The notes under the pieces were generated by a model. It saw nothing but the letters and a program-made list of their open reading frames with translations, was not told where the DNA came from and made no database searches. Made by a program: the position numbers and the translations under genes. Below are positions 48,455 through 58,586 of a stretch of DNA of 64,000 nucleotides, one piece after another (within the stretch, counting starts at the first letter, position 1; each line of letters begins with the position of its first letter). Source of the DNA: Dehalococcoidia bacterium UBA7891 (GTDB lineage: Bacteria; Chloroflexota; Dehalococcoidia; Lucifugimonadales; UBA826); NCBI GenBank assembly GCA_002500485.1, contig DLRJ01000072.1:982-64981 (forward strand). Reading direction: 5' to 3'.

Positions 48455-49237
48455 TCAATGCATGATCATTCCACCATCAACGTTGAAAGCTTGCCCAGTA
48501 ATATTCCTAGAACCAGGTCCAGCCAAAAAAACTGCCAGGGCGGCCACATCTTCTGCATCATTCGGTCTGCCAAGAGGAATTTCCTCAGTCATCATCGCTT
48601 TAACCTCTTCTGAACTGGCCCCGAGTTCTGTAGACCTTAAGGAAAGAATGTTGGCTAACATATCAGTTTGAACGATGCCAGGGCATATCGCATTGACATT
48701 CACGTCATGTTCAGCCATGACACTAGCTGCACTATGAGTCATTGCAATTACTGCACCTTTACTGGCAGCGTATGCAGCGTTTGATGCTCTTCTATAACCT
48801 TTCCCAGCAATGGAGGCAGTATTTATAATTCTGCCACCTCTTGCTTGTTCTACCATTTGGTTCGCGACCTTTTGCATGCAGAAAAAAGCACCTTTTGCAT
48901 TAACACGATTTATTTGATCCCAATGATCTTCCTCTATATCAAAAAAACTTATGTGGCGAGTCAAACCTGCGTTGTTGAACAAAATATCGACTGAGCCAAG
49001 TTTCGAAACTGCCTCATGAACCATATTTTCAATCTGGCCAATGTCACCGATGTCCAACGAAATTGAAAAGGCTCTGACCCCTAGAGCCGAAATTTCCTCA
49101 GCTGTATCTTTGGCAGTCTGAGGATCTATATCAGCTATAACTATGTCCGCTCCACCCTCTGCGAATTTCGTTGCCGCCGCTTTTCCTATTCCCCGGCCAC
49201 CACCTGTTACCAAAGCTACCTTACCTTCAAAGTCCAT
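48455..49237 (-). CDS. SDR-family oxidoreductase (FabG-like)
   Basis: TGGGRGIGKA (TGxxxGIG), NNAG and YAASKGAV (YxxxK). Confidence 0.88.
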   Translation of the reverse strand: MDFEGKVALVTGGGRGIGKAAATKFAEGGADIVIADIDPQTAKDTAEEISALGVRAFSISLDIGDIGQIENMVHEAVSKLGSVDILFNNAGLTRHISFFDIEEDHWDQINRVNAKGAFFCMQKVANQMVEQARGGRIINTASIAGKGYRRASNAAYAASKGAVIAMTHSAASVMAEHDVNVNAICPGIVQTDMLANILSLRSTELGASSEEVKAMMTEEIPLGRPNDAEDVAALAVFLAGPGSRNITGQAFNVDGGMIMH

Positions 49238-49252
49238 AAAATCCCTCTTAAT

Positions 49253-50020
49253 TTAAAATCTTGTATATCCGCCATCAATTACAAATTCTTCACCGGTTTG
49301 ATACGAGGAAGCATCACTGGCCAAATAGACCGCAATCCCAGCAAAATCTTCCGGAGTGCCCCACCTTCTAGCAGGCACTCTTTTCATAACCCTATCTTCA
49401 AATCTCTCGTCCCCTACCCGAGCTGAGGTCATAGCAGTTTCGATCCAACCAGGAATAATAGAATTGGCAGTAATAGCGTATCGAGCCATTTCAACTGACA
49501 ACCCTCTAACCATAGCTAGCATTGCTCCTTTGGTAGATGCATAAGCTTCATTTCTAGCAGCCCCATGAATAGCGGAAGTACTAGAAGTGCCAACAAGCCT
49601 GCCACCCTCCCCTCTTTCAATCATATGTTTAGACGCCGCCCTGAATGTAAAAAAGGTACCATCAAGATTAATTCCCATAACCTTTCTCCAAAGATCAGTA
49701 GGAAATTCATGAAATGGAGCTCCCCCACCAGCCCCAGCATTAGCGAAACAAGAATCAACTTTCCCGAAAACTTTAAGAGTTTCCTGAAAAGCCGTTTCAA
49801 CTTGATCTTCGGAAGACACGTCACATCTGATTGCATGGGCTTTGATTCCAAGGGAACTCAGTTCTTTTTGAGATTTTTCATTCTTCTCAATATTGGTTCC
49901 CCATATACAAACATTGGCTCCAGATTCAGCCAAACCCTTTGCCATCCCCAGACCAATCCCACTATTACCACCAGTCACTAAAGCCACCTTGCCTGATAAA
50001 TTAAATGCATCTAAAGGCAT
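49253..50020 (-). CDS. SDR-family oxidoreductase
   Basis: TGGNSGIGLG, ANAG and YASTKGAM (YxxxK). Confidence 0.88.
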   Translation of the reverse strand: MPLDAFNLSGKVALVTGGNSGIGLGMAKGLAESGANVCIWGTNIEKNEKSQKELSSLGIKAHAIRCDVSSEDQVETAFQETLKVFGKVDSCFANAGAGGGAPFHEFPTDLWRKVMGINLDGTFFTFRAASKHMIERGEGGRLVGTSSTSAIHGAARNEAYASTKGAMLAMVRGLSVEMARYAITANSIIPGWIETAMTSARVGDERFEDRVMKRVPARRWGTPEDFAGIAVYLASDASSYQTGEEFVIDGGYTRF

Positions 50021-50150
50021 GACTCCTCCTTTGTTATTAACCGTTTCGATATAACTGCATTTTAAAATAGATCAACCTTAGAATTCCAAATAGGCACAAA
50101 GGTAGGCTGAAATATTTTACAAATGGTCAAAAAATATACGCCGCAGATAT

Positions 50151-50714
50151 CTATATTTGAACATACACTGCTTCAAGTCCTCTATACCTCTGCTCGCTAT
50201 CCATCCCAAACCCAACCAACCAACGATCACTTTTGAGTTGAAATCCGCAAAAACGAGGAACTATTTCCTTGGGTTGATTTCTTTTCCGATCTATCAACAC
50301 AGCCAGATCCACTTTTTGGATCCCTCTTGATTGTATATCTTTCATTAATTTCATCATGGTAGTCCCGGTATCTAGTAAATCATCCACCACGACTGTTGGT
50401 GCTTGTAAATCAACCCGATTATCAAAAGTTGTGGGGAATTCTATTGTAGGTTCGGTTAAAACTTCGTCACTAGAATAAGCTGATGCAAATATTGGAGACA
50501 CTAGCCATTTACCAGGTCGTTTCTTCTCCAATTCCGACAAAAGATAAGCTGAGAATTGCATTCCTCCCGTCATTACTGGCACTACATTGATGGTACTGAG
50601 ATTATCGTAATACTCAACCATTGATTGAGCCAACGAGGCGACCGCTGATTGTACTTCGTGCTTGGAATATAATATTTCTAGACCATCTAATTCAAAATCT
50701 GTATTTTGATCCAA
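50151..50714 (-). CDS. purine phosphoribosyltransferase (Hpt-like)
   Basis: The PRPP-binding loop VVVVDDLLDTGTTM. It is the last gene of the nucleoside-uptake operon. Confidence 0.75.
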   Translation of the reverse strand: MDQNTDFELDGLEILYSKHEVQSAVASLAQSMVEYYDNLSTINVVPVMTGGMQFSAYLLSELEKKRPGKWLVSPIFASAYSSDEVLTEPTIEFPTTFDNRVDLQAPTVVVDDLLDTGTTMMKLMKDIQSRGIQKVDLAVLIDRKRNQPKEIVPRFCGFQLKSDRWLVGFGMDSEQRYRGLEAVYVQI

Positions 50715-50775
50715 TTTATTCTCCTAAATAAGTCATTTGATGAGCTTTTTGCTGCATTTGTACAACTCCCAGCTT

Positions 50776-51720
50776 CTATAGGCGTTGAAATGATTCGCCT
50801 AGAGCCGAGGGGGGCCTAGCAGTTATGAATCGACCAAACATGCTATTTTTTAAAAGCAGGTATTGAATTTTTTTATGGTTGATAAATAAAAGTGTCATGA
50901 TCATCAATGGAAATGGAATTATCGGAAGGACTTGAGAAAGTTGAGGAAGGACCGGTTGTAGTTTAAGCGCCACCAACTGCAATACACCAAACAAATAACA
51001 TCCCAATGCCGCCCTTATAGGATGCCACCCTCCAAAAATAACTATTGCCAATGCTATCCAGCCAAAATTAATGATATGCCCATCTGACCACCCGAGTTTT
51101 ACATCTAGAGAAAAAGCGGCACCACCCAACCCCACTAGAAATCCACCCAACGCAGTGTAGAAATATCTCAATTTATTGACGTCTATACCTCTTGCATAAG
51201 CTGCCTCAGAGCGCTCCCCGGCAGCCTGTAAATTCAATCCCTGCCTTGTATGGAAAATAAACCAAAAGGAGAGTCCAATAAGTATGTAACTGAAATATAC
51301 GAGTAAGTTTTGTTGAAATAATACCGGCCCCACTCCAGGTATGTCTTTCAATACCGGGATGTGTAAATCTTGCACCGATGGGCCTGGTTTTCTCACAAAA
51401 TCTTGTCCCAAAAAAGCCGCTAGTTTCGTAGAAAGTAAGGTTAGTACTATGCCAACTGCTATCTGATTTAATCGCAGTCGTATAGAAGAAAATGCAACAA
51501 TTAGGGCTAGATTGCTCGAAACCAATCCTCCTGCTATTAAACCAAGGACAACATTTCCAGTAGTAAAAGAAACCGCAAACCCGGTCATAGCTGAAAGCAG
51601 CATACTTCCGTCTAGGGATAAATTTACTACACCAGATTTTTCGGTGATAGTCTCCCCTAATACAGCGAAAACCAAAGGGGTTGCGTAGCTAATAACAATA
51701 GCGAGGGTCTCTGGATTCAT
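50776..51720 (-). CDS. ABC transporter permease (BMP/nucleoside system, YufQ/NupQ-like)
   Basis: A polytopic membrane ORF in an operon with a BMP lipoprotein and a duplicated ATPase. Confidence 0.8.
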   Translation of the reverse strand: MNPETLAIVISYATPLVFAVLGETITEKSGVVNLSLDGSMLLSAMTGFAVSFTTGNVVLGLIAGGLVSSNLALIVAFSSIRLRLNQIAVGIVLTLLSTKLAAFLGQDFVRKPGPSVQDLHIPVLKDIPGVGPVLFQQNLLVYFSYILIGLSFWFIFHTRQGLNLQAAGERSEAAYARGIDVNKLRYFYTALGGFLVGLGGAAFSLDVKLGWSDGHIINFGWIALAIVIFGGWHPIRAALGCYLFGVLQLVALKLQPVLPQLSQVLPIIPFPLMIMTLLFINHKKIQYLLLKNSMFGRFITARPPSALGESFQRL

Positions 51721-51723
51721 CTA

Positions 51724-52767
51724 TTATTCTGCCTTAGCATGTAGTTCTCTTCTTTGCCGAAGGAGTCTCATTGCACTTATTAATATTACTGAGAGCACCA
51801 ATGTTCCCTGGAATACCCCACCCAAGGAAGAGTGAAGACCTAACCTTAGCTGCCATTGAATGCTACCAATGGCGATCATAGAGAAGAAAAATGCTATTGG
51901 TATTACCAAGGAAGGTCTATATCCGGCCAATAGAACCACGAGAATCCCCAAAAATCCGTATCCACCAGATATAGAAGGGATTAATCTATGATGTACTGAG
52001 GCTACCTGTGTCACTCCTGCCAATCCAGCAACAGCACCACCCAATATAAACGCCATCAATATATATTTGGATGTCGATATACCAAACCTGTAACTTGAAT
52101 CTGGATTCAAGCCTATTGCCCTTAACCTAAGCCCAAATTGGGTCCTATTGAAAACAAATAGAACTGTAAGCACAACCAACAAGGCTATGGACACTGCAAG
52201 TGGCGACAGCCTAAGTCCTTCGATAGTAGGAAACCAAGCACTGCCTTGAAACGGTTCTGTTCCGCTGGTGGAGGCTATTCCCTTTCGACTCCAAGGACCA
52301 ATTACAAGATAAACTACAAGGCCTGTTGCAACAAAATCTAACCCAAGACCACCGAAAATCTCATTAACTCGTCCTTTAACTTTAAGTAATCCGACTAAAA
52401 GCCCCCAGAAACCTCCTCCTAAAAATCCGGCAACTATCATTGCAGGTAACAAAAACCCAGGGGGCATATGGATTTCTCTAGCGATAAACGAAGCTGCCAC
52501 TGCCCCAGCTATTATTTGCCCTTCTACCCCGATATTCCAAAGGCCAGCTCTGAAAGTTATAACTAACGAGGCCGAAGCTATGATTAGTGGAACACTAACC
52601 ATAAGTGTGTCACCTAACTTGGTCATGGACCCCAAAGACCCTGTGATCAAAAGTGTATAAGTTTCTAAAATAGGGATCTTGAACAAGGTCAAAAGAATGG
52701 AAACAAAAACCATAGATACCAATACTGCAGTGGAATAGTAATAAATGGGACCAGTGACCCCTTTCAT
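51724..52767 (-). CDS. ABC transporter permease (BMP/nucleoside system, YufP/NupP-like)
   Basis: A polytopic membrane ORF. There is a 4-nt overlap with the upstream ATPase gene. Confidence 0.8.
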   Translation of the reverse strand: MKGVTGPIYYYSTAVLVSMVFVSILLTLFKIPILETYTLLITGSLGSMTKLGDTLMVSVPLIIASASLVITFRAGLWNIGVEGQIIAGAVAASFIAREIHMPPGFLLPAMIVAGFLGGGFWGLLVGLLKVKGRVNEIFGGLGLDFVATGLVVYLVIGPWSRKGIASTSGTEPFQGSAWFPTIEGLRLSPLAVSIALLVVLTVLFVFNRTQFGLRLRAIGLNPDSSYRFGISTSKYILMAFILGGAVAGLAGVTQVASVHHRLIPSISGGYGFLGILVVLLAGYRPSLVIPIAFFFSMIAIGSIQWQLRLGLHSSLGGVFQGTLVLSVILISAMRLLRQRRELHAKAE

Positions 52768-54227
52768 GATTGGACGCCGCCTATCAAGGAACCAATTTCA
52801 TATGGGGTCGTTTCTTTAGATGATAGGTTACCAATGATTTTCCCTGAAAAACACACCAGTATTCGATCTGAAAAATTTATTAATTCATTTATGTCTGAAG
52901 ATGAAAATATTATGGTGGTTCCACTTTTTGAACGGTCTAAAAGTTCCTGCCAAATCCATTCCGCAGATTCTATATCCAGTCCCCGAGTCGGGTGTTCCAT
53001 CGATAAAACGGACAAGTTATCTGGCATGAGTGCTAGCAAAAGTCTTTGTTGGTTTCCCCCTGACAAATCTTCGGGTTTTGAGGTAACAGTTCCTCGAATA
53101 GAGTATTCCTGCAATTTACATTCAGCTATTTGTCGAGATTCCTTCCAATCTATTGTTTTACGACTTTGGTTCCCGGTTAAGGCAAAATGTTCAGTTATCG
53201 TCAATCCCTGAATTAAACCTTCTCCTGCTCTATCTGCGGGAAGATAATGGAACCCGTTTTCCATGTACCATTTATAAGAATGGTTCGTTATATTTTCCCC
53301 TTTGAAATACGTGCTACCCCTGTAAGTTTTTGTTAATCCTGTAATGTTTCTCAACAAAAGACGCTGGCCTGCACCTTCCAAGCCCGCTAATCCAATGATT
53401 TCGCCTTCAGAAAATTTACAATGGACCTCTTCGATGGTCGAGGTTTCCTCCTTTGCACAAATACCATCCAAAATAAGTAAATCTTGACCTAGAACAGTTT
53501 GATTTTGCGGGAGAGATTGTGTGTAACCCCCAAACATAAGATTCACCAAATCTGAGGTAGGACAAGGTACAGTCAGAGTATCTATCAACACTCCTTTTCT
53601 CAGAACAGTTACTCGATCACAAATTGATTGAATTTCATCCAACTTGTGTGAAACAAAAATAACAGACATTCCGCTTGCAGCAAGTCGTTCGATAGTCTTG
53701 AATAAATTTTCCCGTTGGGCTTCTGAAATAGCCGTGGTGGGTTCGTCTAGAATCAATACTCGGGCGCCCATCCAGAGTAATCTAGCCATTTCCAATTGCT
53801 GTCTTTCTCCTATGGTTAGACTTGAAGCAACAGTGTCCGGGTCTAGATCAAATCCGTATTCTTGAGATATTTTGTGTATATCATCACGTACAAGTTTCCT
53901 ATCAAAATCACGGGATTTGGGTAAACCCGCGAGAAAATTATCCACAATTGAAAACGGAAGAAACACTAAGGGTTCTTGATGTAATATTCCAATCCCCGCC
54001 TCTATCGCATCTGTAGGAGACGACAGATCCAGGTATTCTCCATCAAGCTCAACTGTCCCTGCATCGCTTGTCAACGATCCGGAGATTATGTTTACTAAAG
54101 TAGATTTCCCTGCTCCATTTTCACCAAGCAATCCATGAATCTCACCTTGGCCTATATCGATAGATATATCGTTATTAGCTAAGACGGTTCCAAAACTTTT
54201 GCTTATATTGAGTAACTTCAAAGACAT
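52764..54227 (-). CDS. ABC transporter ATP-binding protein with two fused ATPase domains
   Basis: The first domain has GENGAGKST, LTIGERQQ and ILDEPT. The second has LSGGNQQR and a degenerate P-loop, as in CUT2/nucleoside ATPases. Confidence 0.88.
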   Translation of the reverse strand: MSLKLLNISKSFGTVLANNDISIDIGQGEIHGLLGENGAGKSTLVNIISGSLTSDAGTVELDGEYLDLSSPTDAIEAGIGILHQEPLVFLPFSIVDNFLAGLPKSRDFDRKLVRDDIHKISQEYGFDLDPDTVASSLTIGERQQLEMARLLWMGARVLILDEPTTAISEAQRENLFKTIERLAASGMSVIFVSHKLDEIQSICDRVTVLRKGVLIDTLTVPCPTSDLVNLMFGGYTQSLPQNQTVLGQDLLILDGICAKEETSTIEEVHCKFSEGEIIGLAGLEGAGQRLLLRNITGLTKTYRGSTYFKGENITNHSYKWYMENGFHYLPADRAGEGLIQGLTITEHFALTGNQSRKTIDWKESRQIAECKLQEYSIRGTVTSKPEDLSGGNQQRLLLALMPDNLSVLSMEHPTRGLDIESAEWIWQELLDRSKSGTTIIFSSSDINELINFSDRILVCFSGKIIGNLSSKETTPYEIGSLIGGVQS

Positions 54228-54247
54228 GAAGTCTACCTAGTTTCTTT

Positions 54248-55444
54248 CTATTCAGTTGTTGATGCCCCTTCAATCCCTTCAAGCAACATAGGGAGATACC
54301 AAATCTCCTTATCGGTGGCTTCTTTACCATCAGCCAAAAAAGCTGATCCATCTTGATAATTTATAGGGCCCCTCCAAAGATTTAGCTCGTCTTTAGCCAA
54401 TTTTTGTATGAATTCATCCAGGGATTTTGAATTATCTGCTGTTAAGCCCTCGCCTTTCATAAAGCCTATAGCGCTGGAGTCATGATCATTGATATTATCC
54501 CAGTCTGGGCCCACCCAATCGAACGAAGTCTTGAAATTTCCGTCGATTACTGATTTAGCTATCTTGTGGTAAGAAGGTCCCCAATTGAAGTAAGGGACTC
54601 CCAAACATACCGCAGGTGCCTCCAAACATGCACCTTCATAGTCGTAAGGTACTGCCCATACTGTTTTCCCCGAAGCTGCTGCTTGACCAGCAACAACAAT
54701 GGCTTCTGTAGTATCGATTCCTGAGATTACTACGTCTGATCCAGATGCAATGAAATCGTTTACCACAACAGTTGGATCCTGGGTTACACCTGGAATATTG
54801 AACCAAAAACCTATCCAGGTCACTTTAAATTTCAAATCAGAAGCGCTTTTCCCTTTTACCGTTTCCCAGCAATGTTTTGCTCCTAAGTAGGTTGAGCTAA
54901 CCAGTCGTCTCGTTTCCGCATTAATCAAAGGACCAAGATATGAAATATTACCAGTATCCGACTGAAGGGCAGCAGCACATCCTGCAATCATTTTCCCGTA
55001 TTCCATCTTCCCCATCACGTTACCCAAACTTTTCAAATCACTACGATAATCCTCTCCATCTGACCAAGCTGTATCACCTGAAGCCCATATCATTGGAGTA
55101 TCCGGATGGGCAGCTGCTGCCTCCAAAATCCCATCTTTCATATCGTCAGATGTTGCCAAAATTAGGTTAGCACCCTGCGAAATCATGTCCTCCACAATTT
55201 GAGGGACTGTAACATTGGGGGAATCAGCGGGGTTAACTTTGTCAATTGTGATAACTTCTCCACCTGTCTTACTAACAGCATACGAGGCACCTTCGAAGTG
55301 TGCTTGCGACCACCCGTGATCATTCTGTGGCCCAACCAGTATCAAACCCAATTTGAAGGAGTCGCTATCAACACCGCCACTACTAGAACAGGCCCCTAAA
55401 GACAAAAGTAAGATCAATATTAGAGGCAACAATTTGAAACGCAT
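54248..55444 (-). CDS. BMP-family (PnrA/Med-like) substrate-binding lipoprotein
   Basis: ATG 55444 has AAGGAG 8 nt upstream. The signal peptide ends in lipobox LGAC. LILVGPQNDHGWSQAH is the BMP family motif. Confidence 0.85.
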   Translation of the reverse strand: MRFKLLPLILILLLSLGACSSSGGVDSDSFKLGLILVGPQNDHGWSQAHFEGASYAVSKTGGEVITIDKVNPADSPNVTVPQIVEDMISQGANLILATSDDMKDGILEAAAAHPDTPMIWASGDTAWSDGEDYRSDLKSLGNVMGKMEYGKMIAGCAAALQSDTGNISYLGPLINAETRRLVSSTYLGAKHCWETVKGKSASDLKFKVTWIGFWFNIPGVTQDPTVVVNDFIASGSDVVISGIDTTEAIVVAGQAAASGKTVWAVPYDYEGACLEAPAVCLGVPYFNWGPSYHKIAKSVIDGNFKTSFDWVGPDWDNINDHDSSAIGFMKGEGLTADNSKSLDEFIQKLAKDELNLWRGPINYQDGSAFLADGKEATDKEIWYLPMLLEGIEGASTTE

Positions 55445-55604
55445 AAGAGGTTCTCCTTTGAATTTAACTCTTTTCGGGCGGTCATTTTTGACAAAATCGG
55501 CAAAACATCTCTTTGTCATTAATTATGCACACACAAGTCTATGCTTCAATTGGAGATAGTGGATATCGCAACTGTTAAACTTTTGTAAACTGTGAGCACA
55601 TTTT

Positions 55605-56657
55605 CTAGAGGTATGGCATCACTTTTTCAGCGAACAATTTCATGGAATGCTGAACCACTTCAGTCGTATTTCTACCCCTTCTGTTAAATTCCAATATACA
55701 TTGATCCATTCCGGGAATTCTATCTTCTAGTTCCCTTAGACTCTCTATGCAACCTTCCGGGCTATCGTAAATGCAGTGTTCTAGTGCCGTTGCAAAATTC
55801 CAAGACCCCCAACCACCAGCACCTGATGAGAAGTCATGCCGACCACCTCCTATTGCTGAAGAATGCACAGGAGGGCCATCGCCAATCACATCACTGTCAA
55901 GCCAATTTTTCCGCATCAAGTCATGGGCTTTTTCCTTACTCTCAGCCACAAAAAAAGAAACTACAACATGAAAAGGTTGCGGGTTACCATTTGCTGCACC
56001 TTCGTTTACATTGGCTTTGAAAGTTTTTATATGCGCTCCCAAGTTAGCTATCGATTGGCTTAAAGTTATTCCAACCACACCCAACCCGTTTTGCGCAGCA
56101 AATTTGAAAGACCCATCACTATTTGCCGCCATCAAAAGTGGCGGGTAAGGGCCTTGAACTGGCTTTGGAAGAACTGGGACATCATTGAAATCCCAATAGT
56201 TTCCCTTGAAATTTAGTCTGCTCTCAGCCCAAGCATTTTTGAGGACATCAGAATATTCAGAAACCATGGCTCTACTTTCGTCACCGTCTATTTCTGAAGA
56301 TACTCCCATTACTTGACTAGACGGGCCACCCCATCTACCACCTATGCACAAGTCCAATCTACCTTTCGTCAAAATATCGCAAGTTGCCACCTCAGTAGCT
56401 AAATTTAATGGGTGGTGCATTGGAACCTGGGTCGCTAGAGTACCAAACCGAATCTTTGTTGTATGCTGAGCCGCCGCCGCCACCACCAATAAAGGTTCTG
56501 ACATTGGCCTCGTCGGATAAAAAGGTGCTTCTGCCAACCAACCTTCAACAAAACCCAGGTTTTCAGCCAAAATCAACTCTTCAATGGTTTCCCAGTGTCG
56601 ACGGCCCACATCCGATCCCTCATAGCCGGGAACTTGCCAAAATACTCCAAATTTCAA
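55605..56657 (-). CDS. LLM-class (luciferase-like) flavin/F420-dependent oxidoreductase
   Basis: 350 aa with an LLM-type TIM-barrel pattern (GFVEGWLAE..; GRLDLCIGGRWG). It is a paralogue of 45148..46188. Confidence 0.75.
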   Translation of the reverse strand: MKFGVFWQVPGYEGSDVGRRHWETIEELILAENLGFVEGWLAEAPFYPTRPMSEPLLVVAAAAQHTTKIRFGTLATQVPMHHPLNLATEVATCDILTKGRLDLCIGGRWGGPSSQVMGVSSEIDGDESRAMVSEYSDVLKNAWAESRLNFKGNYWDFNDVPVLPKPVQGPYPPLLMAANSDGSFKFAAQNGLGVVGITLSQSIANLGAHIKTFKANVNEGAANGNPQPFHVVVSFFVAESKEKAHDLMRKNWLDSDVIGDGPPVHSSAIGGGRHDFSSGAGGWGSWNFATALEHCIYDSPEGCIESLRELEDRIPGMDQCILEFNRRGRNTTEVVQHSMKLFAEKVMPYL

Positions 56658-56676
56658 ATTGTCTCACTCCTGGAAT

Positions 56677-56991
56677 TTATTCCACTGGTATGGCTATGGA
56701 TACTCTGGTCCTATCCCCAACCGCCTTCGTCGTGTGACCTTGTCCCGTTAAATCTTCAGCAAGCATCATATCTCCAGGGCCCAAGGTATACACAGATCCA
56801 TCTCCTAGGCCTATTTCTACTTGACCTTCCAAGGTAACTATAAATTGCTTCTTTGGGGCCACATGCCAGTCAATGAAATTTCCAGGTTCATGCCACCGAA
56901 AAACAATACCTGTTGCTGGCAAATCAGCAGGCGGAGAATACTCCTCCATGTGGGACTGTCCGTCATCTCCGGTGAAAATTCTATAAAACAT
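56677..56991 (-). CDS. cupin-domain protein
   Basis: 104 aa. WHVAPKKQFIVTLEGQVEIGLGDG..LGPGDMMLAED fits the two-motif cupin beta-barrel. Confidence 0.7.
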   Translation of the reverse strand: MFYRIFTGDDGQSHMEEYSPPADLPATGIVFRWHEPGNFIDWHVAPKKQFIVTLEGQVEIGLGDGSVYTLGPGDMMLAEDLTGQGHTTKAVGDRTRVSIAIPVE

Positions 56992-57109
56992 TCTTACCCC
57001 CTAATACTAGAAGTTTCTTTGTTTACACCAAATATCTTTTCGTAATTGATCATCAAGGATACAGAGCATCCAACGAATAACAACATACCGCTCCTGGTGA
57101 AATTTAATT

Positions 57110-57340
57110 TTATGGGCGTATATCTAGCTTCCATTCACCTGATGTAGATGAAGGGGATATTTTGCACTTAATCTTTTTTTCCAACGATTTTGGGAGGGCG
57201 TAGGTACCAACCATGTGCGAAGAGGTTAAAAAGGTGGTTCCAACTCCATATTGAGCCTCATTTATCGCTTCATCAACACGAGCTATTTGTTCTGGAATTG
57301 ATAAATTCGTCATATCTACAGTTTCTTGAGGTTTCCCCAT
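57110..57340 (-). CDS. TusA-like small protein lacking the CPxP cysteine
   Basis: It aligns by eye with the TusA-like protein at 59002 (..TFLTSSH..LPKSLEKK..KCKI....GEWKLDI). The active-site position reads S-I-P-E instead of I-C-P-Y. ATG 57340 lies 1 nt after the yeeE stop. Confidence 0.5.
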   Translation of the reverse strand: MGKPQETVDMTNLSIPEQIARVDEAINEAQYGVGTTFLTSSHMVGTYALPKSLEKKIKCKISPSSTSGEWKLDIRP

Positions 57341-57341
57341 T

Positions 57342-58586
57342 TTAGGGAAACCTTTTGATCCACTGGACACCCAGGTAGGCTCCTAAAGCTAGCCCTACGG
57401 CATATACCCATCCATTGAGTGCTAGAGAGGGAACAGCCGAAAAGAAAGCCCCCAATGTGCAACCTAACCCAAGCCCAGCACCATATCCCATAATCACCCC
57501 CCCCACTATCGATTGCACATATCTAACCGGAGTTTGTGGAATTCTCAATTTGAACTCACGGGCAAATACAGCTGATGCCAACGCTCCGGCGACAATACCA
57601 AAATTCAGGAAAAATCCGCCGGTGAGCCAAGATCCTTCTGCCACTGTCATAGCACATGCCCCTAAACCCTCCATACCCTTCAAATGTAGTTCTTGCAGTC
57701 CCAGGTTAGTACTCAAAGATGTCGTCCACCGGGATATTTCTCCGACAACCCCTAAAGGCCTAAACCTGACAAACAATAATATATTGATTATTCCTAGGGC
57801 TATCCCACCTATAATCGGACTCCATTCCTTCCTAAAAATGTTCCTCAAATACCCTGTTATTTCTGAAGTTGTATTAGCAGGATTGTTTTCTTGAGATTTT
57901 CTTTTTATTTCTGGCATAATGAATCCCGCGGTAGCCCTTCTTTCCCTCCAAACAGCAAGATAAAGTAAGGCTGCCAGAAGGAAAGTGGTGACCACCAGAG
58001 CGCCTGTATAGGAGATTTCAGCCGGCATCCAAATCTGTGCTTCAGAAGAAATCAAATTGTCCCACCACCAATTCCAGGAATTATTAAGCAGGAAGAGACC
58101 CACCATAACTCCCCCTATGGCAAGCCAAGACCCCACATAACCTTCTCCCATCCTATATAGGGATCCTGACACACATCCTCCTGCCAAAACCATACCGATC
58201 CCAAATAAGGTGCCTGCAATTAAAGTAGACAATCCCACAGGCAACACATTGGCATCTGACGGGGGGACTCCAAATCCTGGGTTTGGCGACACCGTGCTCA
58301 TCACCATTACAAACCCTACGGTGCAAACAGCAAGACCAACCAAAACCCCCTTTAATATTCGAGTTTGTCCCAGAAGGAAAAAATCTCTAAAGGCCGATGT
58401 GAAACAAAATCGACTTCTTTGCACAGTTATACCAAAGGCAATACCAGCTAACCAAAAAACAGCCTCCCCATGAGTACCGGCATAGATTGTGTACCCAAGA
58501 ATTAATAACAAAACCCCCGACACGACAAGGGCCCAAAAAGTATTTTTATCTATCTTCCCTTTTCTTGACGCTGTAGCTATCTGCAT
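57342..58586 (-). CDS. yeeE: YeeE/YedE-family sulfur (thiosulfate/selenium) transport protein
   Basis: A polytopic protein with the three conserved Cys motifs of the family: RSRFCFTSAFR, AGGCVSGSLYR and GLGCTLGAF. Confidence 0.8.
   Translation of the reverse strand: MQIATASRKGKIDKNTFWALVVSGVLLLILGYTIYAGTHGEAVFWLAGIAFGITVQRSRFCFTSAFRDFFLLGQTRILKGVLVGLAVCTVGFVMVMSTVSPNPGFGVPPSDANVLPVGLSTLIAGTLFGIGMVLAGGCVSGSLYRMGEGYVGSWLAIGGVMVGLFLLNNSWNWWWDNLISSEAQIWMPAEISYTGALVVTTFLLAALLYLAVWRERRATAGFIMPEIKRKSQENNPANTTSEITGYLRNIFRKEWSPIIGGIALGIINILLFVRFRPLGVVGEISRWTTSLSTNLGLQELHLKGMEGLGACAMTVAEGSWLTGGFFLNFGIVAGALASAVFAREFKLRIPQTPVRYVQSIVGGVIMGYGAGLGLGCTLGAFFSAVPSLALNGWVYAVGLALGAYLGVQWIKRFP

Noticed and set aside
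51718-51726. The two nucleoside-ABC permease ORFs are in the same frame, separated by one stop and one sense codon; considered as read-through or fusion, or as another Sec site
   Set aside because: The stop is TAA, not TGA. The two ORFs correspond to the two distinct permeases normally present in BMP-type systems.
55445-55604. Looked for a purine or other nucleoside-responsive riboswitch upstream of the BMP nucleoside-uptake operon
   Set aside because: The conserved purine-riboswitch loop/junction sequences and a terminator hairpin could not be found on the transcribed strand.
57415-57894. 159-aa plus-strand ORF
   Set aside because: It is antisense to the YeeE/YedE gene, which carries all three family Cys motifs. 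It is a Pro/Thr-rich shadow frame.
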